Assembly (NCBI GenBank): GCA_022843855.1
Contig: JALHMV010000003.1
Location: 6,560-70,559 of the forward strand
Direction: 5' to 3'
Length of the DNA stretch: 64,000 bases
Source: Patescibacteria group bacterium
GTDB lineage: Bacteria; Patescibacteriota; UBA1384; 2-12-FULL-50-11
Below, in pieces: positions 48,301-54,300 of this stretch. A program made the translations under genes and the position numbers. The first letter of the stretch is position 1. Each line of letters begins with the position of its first letter. The notes beneath the pieces are model-generated. The model did no database searches. It saw nothing but the letters and a program-made list of their open reading frames with translations, and was not told the origin of the DNA.

Positions 48301-51300
48301 TTCGCAGGAGCTGATGACCAGGCTACGGCTGCATATACCGCCGTCCGACACCAACCGCTTCGAGCAGGACGTCTTCGAATCGCTCGACGTTCGCGCGAAC
48401 AAGTTCGACGTCGTCCTGATGAATCCGCCGTACGGAAAGGGCGGCAAGACCGCGATGGAGCACCTCGCGAAAGCGTTCGAGCATTTGCGAACCAATGGCC
48501 GCGTCGTGGCGATACTGCCGGAAGGCCCGGCCGCCGACAAGCGGCTTGAGCAGCTGATGGCGGGGCAGACGGAAAAGGCCCGCAAGCTGATAGTGCGATC
48601 GGATCCGAACACTTTTGCGCCGCTCTCGCTTTACGAGGGCGACACCGTCCAAGTCACCGACAAAGGGACTATCTACGGCGTCACCAGAGCTGAGACCGTC
48701 CGCCGCGGTTTTGAGTTCATCGCAACACTCCACGGCACCGACGCCCAGGGCAGCCCAATGACAATGGAGCTGAGAGGCTCCGACCGGTTCGACAAGGTCA
48801 TTGCAGGTCCGAGGATAGTGCCGGCAAGCACTCGCGTCGTCAAGACCGCCGAGATCTCGCTGCCGACGAAGACCTTCGAACGTGCCGGCACCGGCGTCAA
48901 AACGCGGATGGTCGTGCTCGACAAACTTGCCGGGAAGGAACTTGAACTCCACGAACCGTGGGGGCTGCTCGATCTTTCTGACGTCCGCACGTTCGACGAG
49001 CTGTTCGACGAGTTCGAGGAGCTGACGATCCCGCCACGTCCGTATGGCGGCGAGGCTGCCCGCAGGGCCGAGCAGGAAGCGATCGAACGTGAAGCAAAGT
49101 TCGAGGCCGAGCGGGAAGCCAGGGCACAGCAAAACGCATCGGGGCGGGCCGCAGCGATTCCGCACGGCCAGCACGCGTTCGATCTTCGTGAATTTCAGCA
49201 TACGACGCAGGGTCACATGATCTACGTCGCCAAGCCGACCGGTCCGAAAATGAACAAGGACGAGTTCAAGCGGATCTCGGCCATCGCCCGCACGCACGGC
49301 GGCTATTATTCGAGCTTCAAGAAGGACGGAGCGATCCCCGGCTTCCATTTCCGCAGCCCGGAAGCTCGGGACGCGTTCAATGCCGAAGCAGAAGGTGATT
49401 CGACGATGCTCTCCATCGCCGAACCGGCAGCCGCTCCTGCGTTTTACTCGGCCGCGGAACGAGCGATCGAAACGAAGATGCCGAATCGTGCTCCGGCCGA
49501 TCAGGTGCGGAAGATCCTCGAAGGTCCGGGCATCAAGCGCGAGGAAGTGGAATGGCTCGGCGTCGATGAGTGGCTTGAAGGCAAGCGGACCGTGACGAAG
49601 GACGAGATGCTCGAATTCATGCGAGACGCCCGTATCCAGATCGAGGAAAAGGTGCTTCGCAAGCGTGAACGCGACGAACGCTCGCCGGCCGACCGCAACT
49701 CGACCGACGTCGACGAGCGCCACGAGGCGGCTCGGGAGGAGCTCGCCGAGATGTTCGACCTCGACACGTGGGACATAATACCGGCAACCGTGGAAGCAAC
49801 TCGGCAGCAACTCATAAACGACCTTCTCAACCGCGCCGACCAAGACGACGATCTTGACGAAGCCTTAACAAGCGTGATCGGGGCCAGCAGTGAAGAGTAT
49901 TGGGGCATTGAGGAAGACGACTACGAAGAGTTGGAAGAAGCATGGGACAACCTGCGAATGGCGTCTCGCGAAGCCCGCGGAGCTGACGGTGCGATGGACG
50001 AACAGGACCCGGCTACCGGAGCTCTTCAGTACGACAACCCGGATTGGCGACTCTCAGGACCTCACAGTAACTACCGCGAATTCGTCTTCACCCTGCCGCA
50101 GCAGTATTCGATGTTGCGGATGAAGTATCGCGATGAGCTCGCCGCGAAATACGGAAGCGGAGAAGCGGTGTGGCAAAATTGGACGGAGGCGGAACAGGCC
50201 GAGTTTGACAGGCTTACGGACATCGACCTCGGCAACGACGCGAACAGCCCTGCGTTCACCACCGGCCACTTCGGCGGAATGCCAAACATCCTGTTTTGGG
50301 TGCGGGCGACCGAACGCATCGACGCCGATGGGAAGCGTGTATTCGTGATCGAGGAGATTCAGAGCGATTGGCACCAACGCGGAAGGAAACAGGGCTACAA
50401 CACAAAAATGCCCGAGCCCGTCTTTGAGTGGACCACCACGGAAGGTGTTGCGTCGGGGGAATGGAAAGCTGCGATTTCGTCACCTCACGGCGACATTATT
50501 GGCTACGGCCCAACAAAAGAACGAGCGGCGGAAGCTGCTAAGCAATCGTGGCGTGGCAAGTTTTCCGCAATTCCCGATGCTCCTTTCAAGAAGTCCTGGC
50601 ACGAGCTGGCGTTCAAGAAGATGCTCCGCAGAGCGGTCGAAGAAGGCTACGATCGCGTTGCCTGGACGACCGGTAAGCAGCAGAACAAACGGTGGAGCCT
50701 GTCGAAGGTGGTCGATGAGATCGAGTCGGGCATTGACCATTTCGATTCCAACCATCCGACAAGGCCGGACCAGGAGTATCTCCACATCACCCTGCGGCGA
50801 GACGGCGGCGACCTGTATCTAAAGGTGGACCCCGAGAACGGTGTTGTGATCTCAGCTCCGGACGCTTTGCTAAAGACCGAGGGAGAACACTTGTCAGAAG
50901 TTCTTCCAAAGGCGATCGCCGATAAGATCCTCAGCGAACAGTACGTCCTTATCGAGGACATCGCCGAGGTCGAAATCGGCGGCGAGGGTATGCGCGGCTT
51001 CTACGACAAGATGGTCCCGGGCTTTGTGAGCAAGTACGTGAAGAAGTGGGGGGCGAAGGTTGGCCGGACAGAAATACCTACTATCAACGACGAGCGCAGC
51101 ACGCTCGGTGGGCAGCGCGACCGGAACGAGCTGCGAAAGGTAGCTGATGATTTTCTTACCCGCAACGCCATTGGTATTCGCGAATTGAACGATTTTGTTT
51201 CCACCGGTAGAGATATTTCGGAAGCGGATGCCAGGGCGATGAGTGTTGACGAGCTGACCGCATATCTGCTCGGCACGAAGTATGAGTCGCTTCACTCCGT

Positions 51301-54300
51301 CGACATCACGCCGGCGATGAAGCAATCGGTCATGGACGAAGGGCAGCCGATGTTCTCGATCTACGAACCGGCACGAAAAGAGGTCCGGTTCTACTCCGGG
51401 CTCGAGCGGGCGGTCGAAGGGCTCAAGCAAGAGAAGTTCTCGGTCGATCAGGTAATGAACGTGATCAATAAGCTGCCCGGCATCCGCGCGGAGGAGCTTG
51501 ATCACACCCTGCTGGATGTGTTCGTCCAGCTGCAAGCGGACCTCGGGGCAAGATCCATCACGAAGGACGAGCTGCTCAAGAAGATCCGGGCCAGCAAGAT
51601 CGTCGTCGAACCGCTCGCGCTCGGCTGGGACGGCGATCAGGACTCGGCCAAGTTCCGCGGCTATGCCGAACCGTTCCCGGCTTCGCGTGAGGACTACAAG
51701 GAAATGTTCCTCACCGCTCCGTTCGCAGAGGGCGGCTGGATCGACGGGCATCCCGAGTATGCCGACGTCAAGAACCCGGTCGTCCGCATCCGGATGGACA
51801 AGGTCACGCTCGACGATGGCCGTCGCGCGCTGATGGTCCACGAGGTTCAGGGGCCGGACGAGGACAACATGGCGAAGATGCCCGCGGTCCTGCAGAAGTA
51901 CCACAAGCAGATGGGGCTCAAGTACGCGATGCAGTACGCGATCGACCAAGGGCTTGATGCCGTCGCCTGGACGACCGGCGAACAGCAGCTTGCCCGCTAC
52001 CCGATCGAGAAAACGGTCGACCGGATAGAGTTCAGCAAGAACCTTTCCGGGCAGTCGCTTATCCGCGTAACGGCAAAGGGCGACCGCGATCCGATCAGGA
52101 TCACCGCGGGGCCGCACGGCACCATCATCAATTCGTCGGAGGACAAGTTCGTTGACCGGAAGCTGACCGAGGTGTTTCCGAAGGCTCTCGCCAATCAGAT
52201 ACTCGAACAGACAAGCGGCACCATCGAGGGCGACGGGCTAAAGATCGGCGGCGATTCGCTCCGCAACCTGTACGACAAGGTCATTCCGGCCCACATGAAG
52301 AAGATCTATGGGCGGTATGCGGCAAAGGTCGAAAACGGCGAGATCTCTTACGATCCCTATCTCAAGCTGACCGACTTCCGCGTCGAGGAGCTGGAGCTGG
52401 AGCTGGTCAACCCCGCTCCGCACCTGCATCGCTTCAAGGTCACGGCGACCGATTCGGCGACCGGCCTGCCGGCTTACCGCGGCACCTTCCTGACGCGGGA
52501 GGCGGCGGAACAGTACATCAAGGAAGCCAAAGAGGTATTCCGGCGTAAGACGCATCCGGTCTGGACGATGGGCATTACCGATCCGCTCCGCGAAGCTCTC
52601 GCGACCGATGAGCAGCCGATGTATTCGATCGAGGAAGAAAATCGCAAACAGGCGATCAAGATCCTCAAGACGCTCGATATCGAGGACGTCGTGCCGATGG
52701 TGGAAGCCACTCGCAGCGGTGACCGCGTGAAGCTCAATCTGCCGGCAATGGAACTGCTTCGCCGGGCTTTCGAGCAGGTCGATATCGAGGCAGGGAAGCG
52801 AAAGGTCGGCGACGAAAGCACGTATCCGGCGTTTCTCGGGCTGTTCACCGATGCCGCGAAACTGATCAAGGTCGAACAGGCGTTAATGGCCGCCGCCGTC
52901 AACGCGGCCGAAACGGGGCATCCGGCCGCGGACGCTATGCTGAGCGGCCTTGCCAACGACATCGCTGACGCACGCAAAGCCGGACAGCAGACCGCGGTGT
53001 TCTACGTGTACGATGCCAAGCTGCCGCAGGAGATCTTCCACCAGGCGGTCTATCTCGGTTCGGTCGAGAAGCACCTGACCAAACGCCATGCACGCCCGGC
53101 CGAGCTCGACAAGATGCCGCAGGTCCGGAAAGCGTGGGACAGCTTCTTCTCGCAGCAACCCGAGTACAGCCCCGAGCGGCTTCGCCAAACCGCCAACATG
53201 AGCAAGGCGAACGCTGAGGCTCTGAGCAAAGCTCTCGTTCGCGAGGAGGTCGCTGCGTGGGTCGCCGAGGGAAGCTGGGAAGAGCTCGGCCTGACCAAGG
53301 ACGAGGGGCAGGAATACTTGTTCGAGTTTCTTGAGTCGTTCGCCGACAAGGTCTATGCTGACACGAAGAAAGAGGGCAAGTCCGATGAGGACGCTGAGCG
53401 TGCCGTTGAGGCGGCACTCCGTCGATTTGAGGAGATTGAACATGTCCAAGAAGCAACCCAAAGAGTTCTCGCCGCAGCCCGAAAAGAGGTCGATGCTGGC
53501 ACAGACGGCCGACCTGATGGCCGAGATACGCAAGGAAATGCCAAAGGCAAGCCGAGCGGAGCGTCTGGCGGAGTTCAAGAAGCGCCACGACCTGATGCTG
53601 AGCAAGGAGCAAAGCCCTACGACCTCGAAGGATTCGAGCCCAAAACCCAAAGCAAAGTAGCCGGCGACGCGTCCGAGATCCCGGAAACCAAGCAGTTCCC
53701 CGGCGTCCGCTCCAAAACCGAACTTGCCAGCCTGCCCGGCACCGAGCGTGCGGCCGGCATCGCTGCCGACGATGTGATCTACACGGTGTTCAGCGACCGG
53801 GCAGCTCAGGCCGCGGCAAAGCGGATGCTCACCGAGAACAGCACCGAGGAAGTGCTGAAGATCCTCAAGAACACGGAAAGCCCCGACGTTCATCACGCGA
53901 TCGCCGCGTTCTCCATCCAGCAGTCGCTCCGTGAAGAAGCAACCCGCATCGAGGCGACGAAACCGGACGAGGCTGCCAAGCTTCGCCGCGTGTCAATCGA
54001 CCTCGGCGTCCATCTGGCAATGAAGATGGTCCGTGCCGGCCGCTTCATCCGGGCGGCAGGCGTGATCCTCAAGACAACGGACGGACTGATCGCCGTCGCC
54101 CAAAAGACGTACCAGGACCGCCACGGCGTCGGGAACGATCTGCCGGCCGACATCATTCGCCGGATCGAGGAAAAGGCCGGGAAGGCAGAAGTTGACCTCG
54201 CTGAGCATGAGGCTTTCCGTCGTCAAATGGAATCGCTGCAGCGACAGCTCGACGCGCTCAAGCAAGAGCTTGCCGGGTCCGAGGACGCCATCCGGACCTC

